Source: a virus
Reading direction: 5' to 3' (one strand)
Length of the DNA stretch: 64,000 nucleotides
IMG/VR virus record: IMGVR_UViG_3300027743_000026
Span: 1-64,000 of that record
This document shows, piece by piece, positions 46,289 to 55,002 of this stretch; within the stretch, counting starts at the first letter, position 1; each line of letters starts with the position of its first letter. Below the pieces are notes generated by a model. That model ran no database searches. It saw only the letters and a list, made by a program, of their open reading frames with translations, and was not told where the DNA came from. A program made the translations under genes and the position numbers.

Positions 46289-46480
46289 ATGAAAACGATG
46301 TGGTGGCAGGGCTGGGGCACGCCGCGTCAGATCCGTGAGCGACTGATGGTGACGTGCCCGTGCTGCCGCGGCAAAGGTCACATCAACCTGATTACGCACG
46401 ACGACGCAAAAAGCCGAACCGTGTTGACACATTTGCGTTGTTTGCAATGTGATGGGACCGGGGAGATCGAGGAGCTTTAG
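46289..46480 (+). CDS. DnaJ-type zinc-finger micro-protein
   Basis: CPCCRGKG...CLQCDGTG; preceded by small ORFs 45901-46122 and 46119-46292. Confidence 0.55.
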   Translation: MKTMWWQGWGTPRQIRERLMVTCPCCRGKGHINLITHDDAKSRTVLTHLRCLQCDGTGEIEEL

Positions 46481-46482
46481 CC

Positions 46483-46686
46483 ATGGCTAAGCTGTCCGCG
46501 CGCTCTCGCAACAAGCTGTCGAGCAAGTCGTTCGCTTTATCTGGGCGTCGCTATCCGATCCATGACCGATCGCACGCCGCTAACGCTCTCGCCCGCTGCA
46601 GCAAGCACTGCACGCCGAGTCAAAAAGCTACGGTTCGCGGAAAGGTATGTGCTCGGTATCCTTCTCTCCCGAGCTGTAAGAAATAG
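46483..46686 (+). CDS. Small basic phage protein (R..L....FA...R.YPI.D..HA.NAL.R)
   Basis: Motif recurrent in phage head regions; GGAG RBS. Confidence 0.7.
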   Translation: MAKLSARSRNKLSSKSFALSGRRYPIHDRSHAANALARCSKHCTPSQKATVRGKVCARYPSLPSCKK

Positions 46687-46695
46687 GAGCGCCTT

Positions 46696-46905
46696 GTGGG
46701 TTGTGGTTGTGGTGGCGGTAAATCGTTTTCGGGACGCAGCGTATCGCGCGGCGGCAGTGTTGGGCGTGCGTCGATGGGGGCGCCAGTGAACTTCAAGCCG
46801 GGGCCAGGCGTGCCGATGCCGCATGCACCGCAGACAGCGCCGCAGCACATCGTGCAATCGGCTTCGCTGGCGCAGCGCAGAGCACAAACTCGACGATCGG
46901 TATGA
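46696..46905 (+). CDS. Small basic MGCGCGG protein
   Basis: AGGAG RBS, GTG start. Confidence 0.55.
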   Translation: MGCGCGGGKSFSGRSVSRGGSVGRASMGAPVNFKPGPGVPMPHAPQTAPQHIVQSASLAQRRAQTRRSV

Positions 46906-47228
46906 CCTTCGCGCAGCTGACCGACAAGGTCGCACGCGCGGCTGGTCACCCGATCGCTGTCGCCAGCTCGATCGTTCTGGTCATCGTCTGGGCTTTGTTG
47001 GGCCCGCACTACGGCTGGTCGGAAGATCATCAGCTCTGGATCAACACCTCGACCACCATCGTGACATTCTGGTTGGTGTTCTTCATCCAAGCCACGCAGA
47101 ATCGCGACACGCTCGCGCTGCAAGCCAAGATCGATGAGCTGATCCGCGCGACTGACAAAGCGCGCAACGAGTTCATCGCCATCGACAAGCGCTCGACCGA
47201 CGAAGTCGAGCAGATGCGCGGCACCTAA
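46902..47228 (+). CDS. Low-affinity iron permease (Fet4-like) family membrane protein
   Basis: W...GP....S...QL.INT.TTI.TF..VF.IQ.TQNRD..A...K.DELIR. Confidence 0.85.
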   Translation: MTFAQLTDKVARAAGHPIAVASSIVLVIVWALLGPHYGWSEDHQLWINTSTTIVTFWLVFFIQATQNRDTLALQAKIDELIRATDKARNEFIAIDKRSTDEVEQMRGT

Positions 47229-47386
47229 TCGAGTTGCGGAACCTGCCCATCACGCGATCCCTCGATCTCGCGGCGACAGTGGGAGCGACCAGGGAAAGCA
47301 AGAGGGTACGGCCTAGGACCCCAGTCGCAGGGTAGGCACGACCCTCATCCCGTTTCATAGCTCTGACCGATGGACAAGCGGCCCCC

Positions 47387-48700
47387 ATGGCGCTGCGCGA
47401 TCTCCTATTCACCAAGAAGAAGCCTGACCGCCCGGTCTCGGATGAGCCCGAGAGTCCCATCTTTGTGATGGCGGGGCGCTCGGTTCGCTTGTTGCCGCCG
47501 ATGGCGGCGATGACCGCGGAGATCGCACAACGCAAGAGCCCGCAGCTCTACCGCATCACCAACTACGTCGCTTCGGCGGTGCAGTCGGTGCCGTGGTTCT
47601 GCGAGCCGGATCCTGACGTCATCGCCATGGAGCAGGCTGGTCCAGCCAAGGTCAAGGCGATCAACGATCTGCTGAAGTATCCCAACGACACGTTCAACGC
47701 CAAGCAGCTGCAGTATTGGATCGCGATGAACTTGATGCTCTACGCCAGAGCGCATTTTAAGGTTGGCGTGTCCTCGGCCGGCGTCCCTAACGGGATCTAT
47801 ACACTCGACGCTAAGCAAATGAGCGCCGTGCTCAATTCGCGTGGCACCGTCGATTACTACGAATATGGTAATGGGATATCCAAGCAGAAACTGCTCACGC
47901 GCCGGGGTTCGGAGCTGAAAGGCGGGCTGGACGCCTACGGTGCCGAGATCAGCTTTCCCTCTCTCACCGGTCAGGTCGACTACAAGAACAGTCCCGCGGC
48001 GATCGAATGCATCGCCCAGCCGATCGCCATTATCCACGCGCTGATGCAGCGTGCACTCGACACCGCCTCTGGTCACCCCAACGTCAAATACGTGATCTCG
48101 GCCGAGAAAACGCTCAACAAAAAGCAGCAAGAGGCGCTCGAGAAACACATGGCGGCGTCGGCGCCAGGCGAGGATGAATCGGGACAAGTGTTGTTTCTGT
48201 TCAACACCACGATCAAAGTCGACAAGCTCGACAACCAGCTCGCCGACATCCACTCCAAGATCCCGCTCGACGACATGACTCGACAGATTGCCGGTGTGTT
48301 TGGCGTACCGGTGCCGCTCCTTAGCCTGGGCTCGGCCGATGCTGCCAAGTACGCCGGCAACTATGTCGAGGCACGGCTGGCGTTCTGGCAAGATACCATC
48401 CTGCCCTGCTACCTGGCGCCGATCGCCGCCGGCATGACGCAGGCAATCTGCCCGCCAGGCGCGCGTATCACCTTCGATCTTGACGCCATTCCTGCGCTTT
48501 GGAAGGGCCGCGCCGAACTCGGCGAGACCCTGAGCAAGGTTACCTTCCTGACTGTGACCGAGAAGCGCGGAGTTCTCGACTTCAAGCCAACGACTGAAGA
48601 GCTGGATACGGCGAAACCGCCAGTACCCGCGCCGGCGCCGCCGGTGAGACCAACAAAGGACGAGGATACCAAAGTGATCGAATTTCAAGGGAGGTCGTGA
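47387..48700 (+). CDS. Portal protein (HK97 family)
   Basis: IA.VFGVP..LL, T..E.R motifs; position before the protease. Confidence 0.85.
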   Translation: MALRDLLFTKKKPDRPVSDEPESPIFVMAGRSVRLLPPMAAMTAEIAQRKSPQLYRITNYVASAVQSVPWFCEPDPDVIAMEQAGPAKVKAINDLLKYPNDTFNAKQLQYWIAMNLMLYARAHFKVGVSSAGVPNGIYTLDAKQMSAVLNSRGTVDYYEYGNGISKQKLLTRRGSELKGGLDAYGAEISFPSLTGQVDYKNSPAAIECIAQPIAIIHALMQRALDTASGHPNVKYVISAEKTLNKKQQEALEKHMAASAPGEDESGQVLFLFNTTIKVDKLDNQLADIHSKIPLDDMTRQIAGVFGVPVPLLSLGSADAAKYAGNYVEARLAFWQDTILPCYLAPIAAGMTQAICPPGARITFDLDAIPALWKGRAELGETLSKVTFLTVTEKRGVLDFKPTTEELDTAKPPVPAPAPPVRPTKDEDTKVIEFQGRS

Positions 48701-49515
48701 TGCCGCGCACGGATTGGAAAACTGGCGACATCCTCCAGCACGACATGAGCTTCGAGACCCGCGTGGTGACGGAGAAGCCCGACGGCTTCATTTCTGGCAT
48801 CGCCTCGAGTCCATCGATCGACGCCTACGGCCACGTCGTGGTGCCCGGTGCGTTCAGCGCCTCGATCAAGAAGAAGGGTTTCGGTGGACCTGGCGGCGTT
48901 CTCCTGCTCGCTCACCACGATCCGGAAAAGCCGATGGGCGTCATCCGCAAGCTGGAAACCGTGGGCAAGAACCTGGAGATTGAGGCTGAGCTGGCGCTCA
49001 AGTCCAGCCGCGTACGCGATCTTTATGAAGAGACCAAGCTCGCCGGCGGGCTCTCGTTCTCGGTCGGCTTTCGGCTTGAGGACTTCGACTTTGCCGAGCA
49101 GATGAACGATCAGGGCGAGAAAGAAGAGGTCTTCCTCATCAAGCAGGGCGACCTGCGCGAGGTATCGATCTGTACGTTTCCTGCCAACACCGACGCGCGC
49201 ATGAGCGTGGTCAAGCAGGAAGATATCAATCTCAAAGCCTGGCTCGCCGAAATGGCGCCGGCTCTCATGGCTCTCAAGAATTCAGTTACTGAGGTCGAAC
49301 TCGAACGAGCCCTTGCGGCCAAAGGGTTCGCCCGCAGTAGGAACGAGGCACACAAGTTCTTCGCCGTGATGAAGGCTTGCGCGCACTTGCTCCAAGACAA
49401 ACCCGCCCTTGCTGGTGGTGATGTCAAACCGCCGCCGCGTCCCGTGTTGGACGCTTCCATGTTGACCCCGGTGCTCGCCGAGATCGCCAAGGTGCGTGCT
49501 CTCGCGTTGCGTTAA
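48697..49515 (+). CDS. Prohead protease (HK97 gp4-like)
   Basis: G.AS....D....VV..GAF, LL.HHD...P.G, SVGF, L.EVS..TFPAN. Confidence 0.9.
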   Translation: MMPRTDWKTGDILQHDMSFETRVVTEKPDGFISGIASSPSIDAYGHVVVPGAFSASIKKKGFGGPGGVLLLAHHDPEKPMGVIRKLETVGKNLEIEAELALKSSRVRDLYEETKLAGGLSFSVGFRLEDFDFAEQMNDQGEKEEVFLIKQGDLREVSICTFPANTDARMSVVKQEDINLKAWLAEMAPALMALKNSVTEVELERALAAKGFARSRNEAHKFFAVMKACAHLLQDKPALAGGDVKPPPRPVLDASMLTPVLAEIAKVRALALR

Positions 49516-49540
49516 CCGGCACCTTCAAGGGATATTGACT

Positions 49541-50968
49541 ATGACCAAGCACATGTATCCTAAGCGTGGTGACTTCCTCACCAAGGAAGCACCGACCGAC
49601 CCACAAGTGGCTGCGGAAATCTTGAAGCCGCTGATGACGGAGATCGCTGATCTTACGGCCGCGATCGAGAAATCGAAAAAGGACGTTGCGGATCAGTACA
49701 AGGCGCTCACGAGCCATTACGATGGCGTCAAGGGCGAGAACGAAGAGCTGAAGAAGGCCGTTGCCGAGCAGACCAAGGTCTACGGTGAGTTGACTGCCAA
49801 GCTGCAGGGCCAGGAAGCTGCGCTTGATTTCTGCAAGAAGCAGCTCGACATGCCGCTGATCAAAGGCAACAAGGAGCTGGAAGAGAGCGATCGCAAGGCC
49901 GCGATCGAGTGTCAGAAGCGCGCGTTCCTGTTCAAGGGCGGTAGCGAAGACGACTTCAAGGAAGATCTCGACAATCTTGTTGATGTCAAAGCCTACCGCT
50001 CAGCGGTGCGCAAGTTGGTGCGCCACGTCGGCATCGAGCCCAAGCGCAAGGTAATTGCCAGCCTGAACGAGTACGAGCGCAAGGCGTTCGAGGCATCCTC
50101 GCTCGACAGCGCGATCTTTGTACCTGAGATGCTCGGCATTGAGTTGAACTGCCTTATCGACTGCGCCGGCATGACCGACCTCTACGGTCAGGTCAACGTG
50201 TCGAAGAGCACTTTCATGTATCCGCAAGTGCTCGATTACGGCGAGATCGGCAAGTATGATTGCGACGCTAAGTGCGACGCCGAGTACGGACCCGAGGGCA
50301 ACATCACGTTCAAGTCCGGTAACGTCTCGGACTACCGCGGCGTGTTCTGCTTCCAACGCAAGGTGCTCACCGAAGCCAACTACGACCTGTTGAACTTCAT
50401 GTACACGTCGGTCAGACGCGCGCAGACGATCGCACGCAACCGCGCGCTCATGGTTGGCTCTGGCATCAACGAGCCGCTTGGCTGGTTGACCGCGGGCTGC
50501 TTCACCAAGCTCAAGACCACAACGACCGACTTCACCCATATCGATTTTCGGTTGATGTACGGCTCAGCTCCGATCGAATACGGGCCGGTCACCGCGGTGA
50601 TGCATCAAAACATGTTCGCGAATCTTGCCGCGCGGACCGACGCCAATGGTCGCTTCATCTTTGGCGACGGTCTCATGACCTACTCACCGAACGACGTGCG
50701 CGAGAATATCCGGATCAGCAACTGTCTGCCTGATCCGACCTACGGCCTGACCAAGGGTACGGAGACTGCGCCGTTCATCACCGGTGACTTCCTCGTCGGC
50801 ATTGGTTCGTGGGCCTCGGCCTACTACGCTGTGTCGAAGCGCCCGCTGTGGATCGAGCAATGGGAGGGACAGTCGACCGCCTGGTGCGTGAAGTACGTGT
50901 TCGGTGCCGAGGACGGCGGATTCACCGCTTGTTGCCCGGCCGCGCGCATCATCACGGTTGGTCCGTAA
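49541..50968 (+). CDS. Major capsid protein (HK97 fold, coiled-coil delta domain, Cys-rich)
   Basis: Follows the protease; G.G.NEP.G and D.NGR.I motifs; 12 Cys. Confidence 0.9.
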   Translation: MTKHMYPKRGDFLTKEAPTDPQVAAEILKPLMTEIADLTAAIEKSKKDVADQYKALTSHYDGVKGENEELKKAVAEQTKVYGELTAKLQGQEAALDFCKKQLDMPLIKGNKELEESDRKAAIECQKRAFLFKGGSEDDFKEDLDNLVDVKAYRSAVRKLVRHVGIEPKRKVIASLNEYERKAFEASSLDSAIFVPEMLGIELNCLIDCAGMTDLYGQVNVSKSTFMYPQVLDYGEIGKYDCDAKCDAEYGPEGNITFKSGNVSDYRGVFCFQRKVLTEANYDLLNFMYTSVRRAQTIARNRALMVGSGINEPLGWLTAGCFTKLKTTTTDFTHIDFRLMYGSAPIEYGPVTAVMHQNMFANLAARTDANGRFIFGDGLMTYSPNDVRENIRISNCLPDPTYGLTKGTETAPFITGDFLVGIGSWASAYYAVSKRPLWIEQWEGQSTAWCVKYVFGAEDGGFTACCPAARIITVGP

Positions 50969-51007
50969 TCCTTCCATCCCATCACTCACACAGAAGGATT
51001 CACGACC

Positions 51008-51403
51008 GTGAATATCAATGTTGCAAGTCAGAACCAGGGAATGATCGCGTGGACCGGCACGGCAGCTCGTCCAATCGACATTCGCCACCACGTCCACTTC
51101 GCCTTCACGTTCGAGGTGACGGCAGACCTGGCCGCCGATGCCACCTTCAAGGTGCAGGCGGCACCGCCCAGCGATGCCGATCCGTGTCTCCCCGGCACGT
51201 TCTATGACGTGCCCGAGACGCTGACCTGTGCCGGGTGGGGGCAAGTCCCTGACCCGACCACCGGGTTCGTTATCCCGGCCGGGACCAAGAAGGGTGCGCT
51301 CTGTACCGCTGCGCTGCCGTGTCGGCCGGACGCCTTTGTCCAGCTGGTCGGCACCGGGGCGGCGGGCGTGCTTGGGGTCGCCGTTCTCGGCGGTCCGCGC
51401 TGA
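51008..51403 (+). CDS. Minor capsid/decoration protein, paralogue 1
   Basis: Follows MCP; F.FTF, DPC.PG, CT..LPC; recalls the Milano minor capsid protein. Confidence 0.75.
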   Translation: MNINVASQNQGMIAWTGTAARPIDIRHHVHFAFTFEVTADLAADATFKVQAAPPSDADPCLPGTFYDVPETLTCAGWGQVPDPTTGFVIPAGTKKGALCTAALPCRPDAFVQLVGTGAAGVLGVAVLGGPR

Positions 51404-51474
51404 AACCGCAGAGAGGTTGAGACATAGCTGCCCGAAAGTGCAGCTACGTTCTACCTCATCAGGAGTCTGAGAAC

Positions 51475-51894
51475 ATGAATCTCAACACAGCTTCCCAGAA
51501 CCGAGGTGTTCTGGCGTGGCGGGCAATCACGGCACAGAATCTCAATCCACCGATCGATGTTCGCCAGCACGTCAACTTCAGCTTCACGTTCCACGTCGTT
51601 GCCGACATTCTTGTGGACGCGGATTTTGAAGTTGTTGCAGCACCGGCGGATCCAGCTAATCCCTGTGTCCCTTTACTTCCGCAACATCCTGTTGAGGAAG
51701 TGATCACCTGTGCTGGGCCTTGGGGAGTTACCCCAAACCCAGAGTCGCATATCGTCATCCCGGCTGGAACAAAAGCGGGTGCGCTATGTACGGCGGCGTT
51801 GCCGTGCAAGCCTGATGCCTTTGTTCAGTTGGAGCCGGTTTCCGGCGATACCGGCAAGATCGAGGTCGTCGTTATTCTGAGCGGCCCCAGATAA
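51475..51894 (+). CDS. Minor capsid/decoration protein, paralogue 2
   Basis: Colinear similarity to 51008-51403 (IPAGTK.GALCTAALPC.PDAFVQL). Confidence 0.75.
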   Translation: MNLNTASQNRGVLAWRAITAQNLNPPIDVRQHVNFSFTFHVVADILVDADFEVVAAPADPANPCVPLLPQHPVEEVITCAGPWGVTPNPESHIVIPAGTKAGALCTAALPCKPDAFVQLEPVSGDTGKIEVVVILSGPR

Positions 51895-52290
51895 ATGCGG
51901 GTGCCGGTCGGAAAGACTTTGCGTGTTGGGCCTGGCGACGAAGTCCATGTCGTTGCCAGGTTACGTCCAGAGGCGACACTCGGCCGTCTCTTCGTGTTTG
52001 CTAAAGAGGGCCGGAACGAAACGTTCTCGCCCTATACACCGATGGTGGATATTCTGGTCAATGGCCAGCCGCCGATACTGACGCCGTTGATGCTGCGGCT
52101 AACCACGCTGCAGCCGATGCGCGAATTGCAGTTCAATGCTGACTTCGATGGTTACGTTAGGATTTTTCAAGAGGTCGACACCGTTAAGGATGCGTTAGCC
52201 AGGGTCAAATTGGCGCGCAAAATTTGTCCATCTCTTGGTTGGCGTGATTGGTTGGTAAGGAGTTTACCATGGCGGCCGATGAGCGTCTGA
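51895..52290 (+). CDS. Hypothetical head-region protein
   Basis: Abuts the upstream stop. Confidence 0.55.
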   Translation: MRVPVGKTLRVGPGDEVHVVARLRPEATLGRLFVFAKEGRNETFSPYTPMVDILVNGQPPILTPLMLRLTTLQPMRELQFNADFDGYVRIFQEVDTVKDALARVKLARKICPSLGWRDWLVRSLPWRPMSV

Positions 52291-52583
52291 TCGTTCGCGA
52301 AGGCACACCGCCGGCAACAGCTGATGGCGCGTCATTGGGATGCATCATGCTGGTCTCTGGCGGCCACGACGATGAAATACAGTGGTTTGAATTCAAAACC
52401 AACTATATGTCAACGGCGATATATCGGGTCGAGTGGGAGGTTGAAACCATGTTCGTTGTCATCCCAACGGAGACAGCGAACTGGTTGATCAAGAGCGGCT
52501 ACGCGCGTCCGATGACAGTTCCCGAGGCACGCGCATACAACAACAGCCTCGAGAAAGAAGAGAGACCAAAGGAGACTGCATGA
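52269..52583 (+). CDS. Hypothetical head-region protein
   Basis: AAGGAG RBS. Confidence 0.55.
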   Translation: MAADERLIVREGTPPATADGASLGCIMLVSGGHDDEIQWFEFKTNYMSTAIYRVEWEVETMFVVIPTETANWLIKSGYARPMTVPEARAYNNSLEKEERPKETA

Positions 52584-52663
52584 TCGTGACCCGATGCACA
52601 CCACCGTGTGCCCCGCAGGCGGCGCAAGCGCTCGCTTCGCCCGGCTGCTTCAAGTGTACGTAA
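52580..52663 (+). CDS. 27-aa four-Cys peptide, candidate capsid/neck linking protein (not in ORF track)
   Basis: AAGGAG RBS, ATGA coupling; MIVTRCTPPCAPQAAQALASPGCFKCT*. Confidence 0.7.
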   Translation: MIVTRCTPPCAPQAAQALASPGCFKCT

Positions 52664-52728
52664 ACCTACTGAGCTAAGGCGCGGTCGCTCCCGCGCCTCC
52701 TTCTCTCACACAGCTGAGGACCACCGTC

Positions 52729-53433
52729 ATGCTGGCTTTGACGATCGACAGCCCGATGCAGTCCGACGGCTGCGTGACTTGTTGCTGCGAAACAATCTCG
52801 CTCAAGCCGGGCGAGACGCAGCCGCTGTATCTCAACTATGCCGGCTGGGCAGCGCCGATTGCGCTGCGTGGGCTGCATTGCGAGCCGACTGTCACGGTCG
52901 AGGAGAAGAAGACCTGTGATGTTATCACGACAGGCAATCTTCCTCCGGTTGCGTCGTCCGATACCGAGTTCGACGTTACGCTCAATACGCCGCTCACTGA
53001 CGATCTCAAGACCTTCGTCGTTGATCCTGAAAGCGATGCGTTGACCTTCAAGCCGTTGCTGCTGTACGGCACGCAGCATGGCAAATTCGACCTCAAGCCA
53101 GATGGCACCTTCACCTATACGCCGATGCAGGGCTATGTCGGTCCCGACAATTGCTTCGTCTCAGTCAGCGACGGGCACAATCAGCCGGTGGTGTTCGAGG
53201 TTCTGTTCGGTGTTGGCATCCCCGCGGCTAACGTGGGTTCAACCTGGGATTTGACTGTGGGCAAGCCCATCGTCAATCAGCGCCTGTACCTGGTGACCTT
53301 GCCGCTGACGGTGTCGCCGGCGGCGAGAACCTGCCAGATCTTCCGGCTCACCGTTCGTCAAGGCGCGCTCGATTGTGATTGCAACTGCTACTACCACGTC
53401 GACTGTGTCGATGTGCGGATCGCGCAATGCTAA
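52729..53433 (+). CDS. Collar protein (Ig/cadherin-like domain, Cys-rich)
   Basis: C..CCCE.I...PGE N-terminus, G.F.YTP..G..G.D motif, 13 Cys. Confidence 0.75.
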   Translation: MLALTIDSPMQSDGCVTCCCETISLKPGETQPLYLNYAGWAAPIALRGLHCEPTVTVEEKKTCDVITTGNLPPVASSDTEFDVTLNTPLTDDLKTFVVDPESDALTFKPLLLYGTQHGKFDLKPDGTFTYTPMQGYVGPDNCFVSVSDGHNQPVVFEVLFGVGIPAANVGSTWDLTVGKPIVNQRLYLVTLPLTVSPAARTCQIFRLTVRQGALDCDCNCYYHVDCVDVRIAQC

Positions 53434-54128
53434 CCTTTGTCGTCGAGCCGCCCAAGGATCGCTTTGCTTCGCCGTTACCGGTGGGGCACAAGGAGCCGTT
53501 GGACTGGTCGACGCTGTTATCGATCGAACTCATCCGGCAGCATACCAAGACCGACGATGTCGCCGGCGTCTCTGATGAGATGCTGGATCTCTATCGTCGC
53601 GCCGCGGTCGAGGCTGCCGAACTCTATACCGGCGCGTTGCTGACCACGCAGATGACTGTCACCGAGCCGATCCAGGGACCGTCACGGCCTAAATTCGGCA
53701 AGCTGACTTACAAGCACAAGCTCAAGTATCCGGTCGCCGATGGGCTCGTGCATCTCTACGGCAGCCAGAACGTTGACGCCAATCATGCCATTCGCATCCC
53801 GGCCAATACCCGCACCATCCATGTGCCGATCTGGACCGGTTTCATCGATCTGACGAATTGCTGTGATCCATGCGCATCGCATCACCTCAACGTCGATATG
53901 ATGGCCGCCTACAAGGCCGGTTACAAATGCCCAGACGATGTGCCCAAAGGCATTACGCTCGGCATGTTGCAGTTTGTCGCTTGGATCCTCGAGCATCCTG
54001 GTGACATCTTGCTGACCGTGCGCAACAAGGAAGACAACTCGACCAAAGGATTGATGGGTAGCAACAACATCGCGCTGGCGAGTGGTGCGATCGAGACTTG
54101 GCGGCAGTACGACCCCGAGGCGTTCTGA
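53427..54128 (+). CDS. Head-tail connector (neck 1 / gp6-like)
   Basis: I..H...D......L..Y..AA....E.YTG; Y.AG; position. Confidence 0.75.
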   Translation: MLTFVVEPPKDRFASPLPVGHKEPLDWSTLLSIELIRQHTKTDDVAGVSDEMLDLYRRAAVEAAELYTGALLTTQMTVTEPIQGPSRPKFGKLTYKHKLKYPVADGLVHLYGSQNVDANHAIRIPANTRTIHVPIWTGFIDLTNCCDPCASHHLNVDMMAAYKAGYKCPDDVPKGITLGMLQFVAWILEHPGDILLTVRNKEDNSTKGLMGSNNIALASGAIETWRQYDPEAF

Positions 54129-54568
54129 TGACCATCGGAAAAACTGTTATCGCCGATCTGCGTCATCGCATCGTGTTGTGCACGATGCAGGATGTGGTCG
54201 AAGCTAATGGTACGATGGAGCTGACGCGCAAAGAGGTGATTGAGACCTGGGCGCGCATTCGGCCGTTTCTCACCTTCGGATCCAAAGGTTCGTTTATCGG
54301 CACTCAGGGTTACACCATTCTTGATCCGAAGCTGCATCAGAGCCACTGGATTAGCATTCGCTTTCAGCACGACCTCGACATCAACAGCACCGCGTGGGTG
54401 TATGAGGCTCGACGCAAAGGGCTCCCGCGCTGGTACAAAGTCCTAGGCTCCACTGAGACCGAAGATCATCGTTGGATCGAAATCGCCGTGCACTTGTACG
54501 AGCGGGCTGAGGCTGCGCAACCCGTACAAAGTGATCTCTCGCCAGTTCGGAGCAACGTCGCGCTCTGA
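54128..54568 (+). CDS. Head closure / neck 2 protein
   Basis: LRHRI.L, WA.I.P, H.I.IR motifs. Confidence 0.7.
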   Translation: MTIGKTVIADLRHRIVLCTMQDVVEANGTMELTRKEVIETWARIRPFLTFGSKGSFIGTQGYTILDPKLHQSHWISIRFQHDLDINSTAWVYEARRKGLPRWYKVLGSTETEDHRWIEIAVHLYERAEAAQPVQSDLSPVRSNVAL

Positions 54569-54636
54569 AGTCGGACGGCCCGTCAACCGGAACCTGTCCT
54601 CCCGTCGCGGCGGACGGGCCGTAAGGCATCCCAAAT

Positions 54637-55002
54637 ATGATTGAGATCAGTTTCCAGCCGTGGGGATATTTCCGCGCGGTCAAAGACAACTCGTCCATTC
54701 AAGCCTGGCTGGACGCGATCGGTGAAGCCGCCGAGGCCGCGTTCCGCGGTGGCATGGGTGGCTATCCACCGGCGTCGGCGCCAGGCGCCTGGCCGAACAC
54801 GCGCAGTGGCGGGCTCATTGGGTCAATCGCACACGAGACCACGTCCAACAGCATGACCATCGGCACGTCGATGCCGTACTCGGGCTTTCTGCGCGAAGGC
54901 ACGTCGCGGATGGCGCGCCGCAAGATGTCAGACAACGCACTGCAAGAGGGCATGAAGGCCGGCGCAGGTCGCCTTGGCCATTGGGTGCACTGGAGCAGAT
55001 AA
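54637..55002 (+). CDS. HK97 gp10-like tail completion protein
   Basis: ASAPG..P..RSG.L..SI...Y..FL..GT.RM..R. Confidence 0.7.
   Translation: MIEISFQPWGYFRAVKDNSSIQAWLDAIGEAAEAAFRGGMGGYPPASAPGAWPNTRSGGLIGSIAHETTSNSMTIGTSMPYSGFLREGTSRMARRKMSDNALQEGMKAGAGRLGHWVHWSR

Noticed and set aside
47360-47375. CTGACCGA as a hammerhead ribozyme core
   Set aside because: Does not match CUGANGA, and no correctly placed GAAA or stems were found.
47405-48688. Long antisense ORFs (also 33709-35031, 3381-4604, 26388-27263)
   Set aside because: Shadow frames of well-supported genes in GC-rich DNA, with no motifs.
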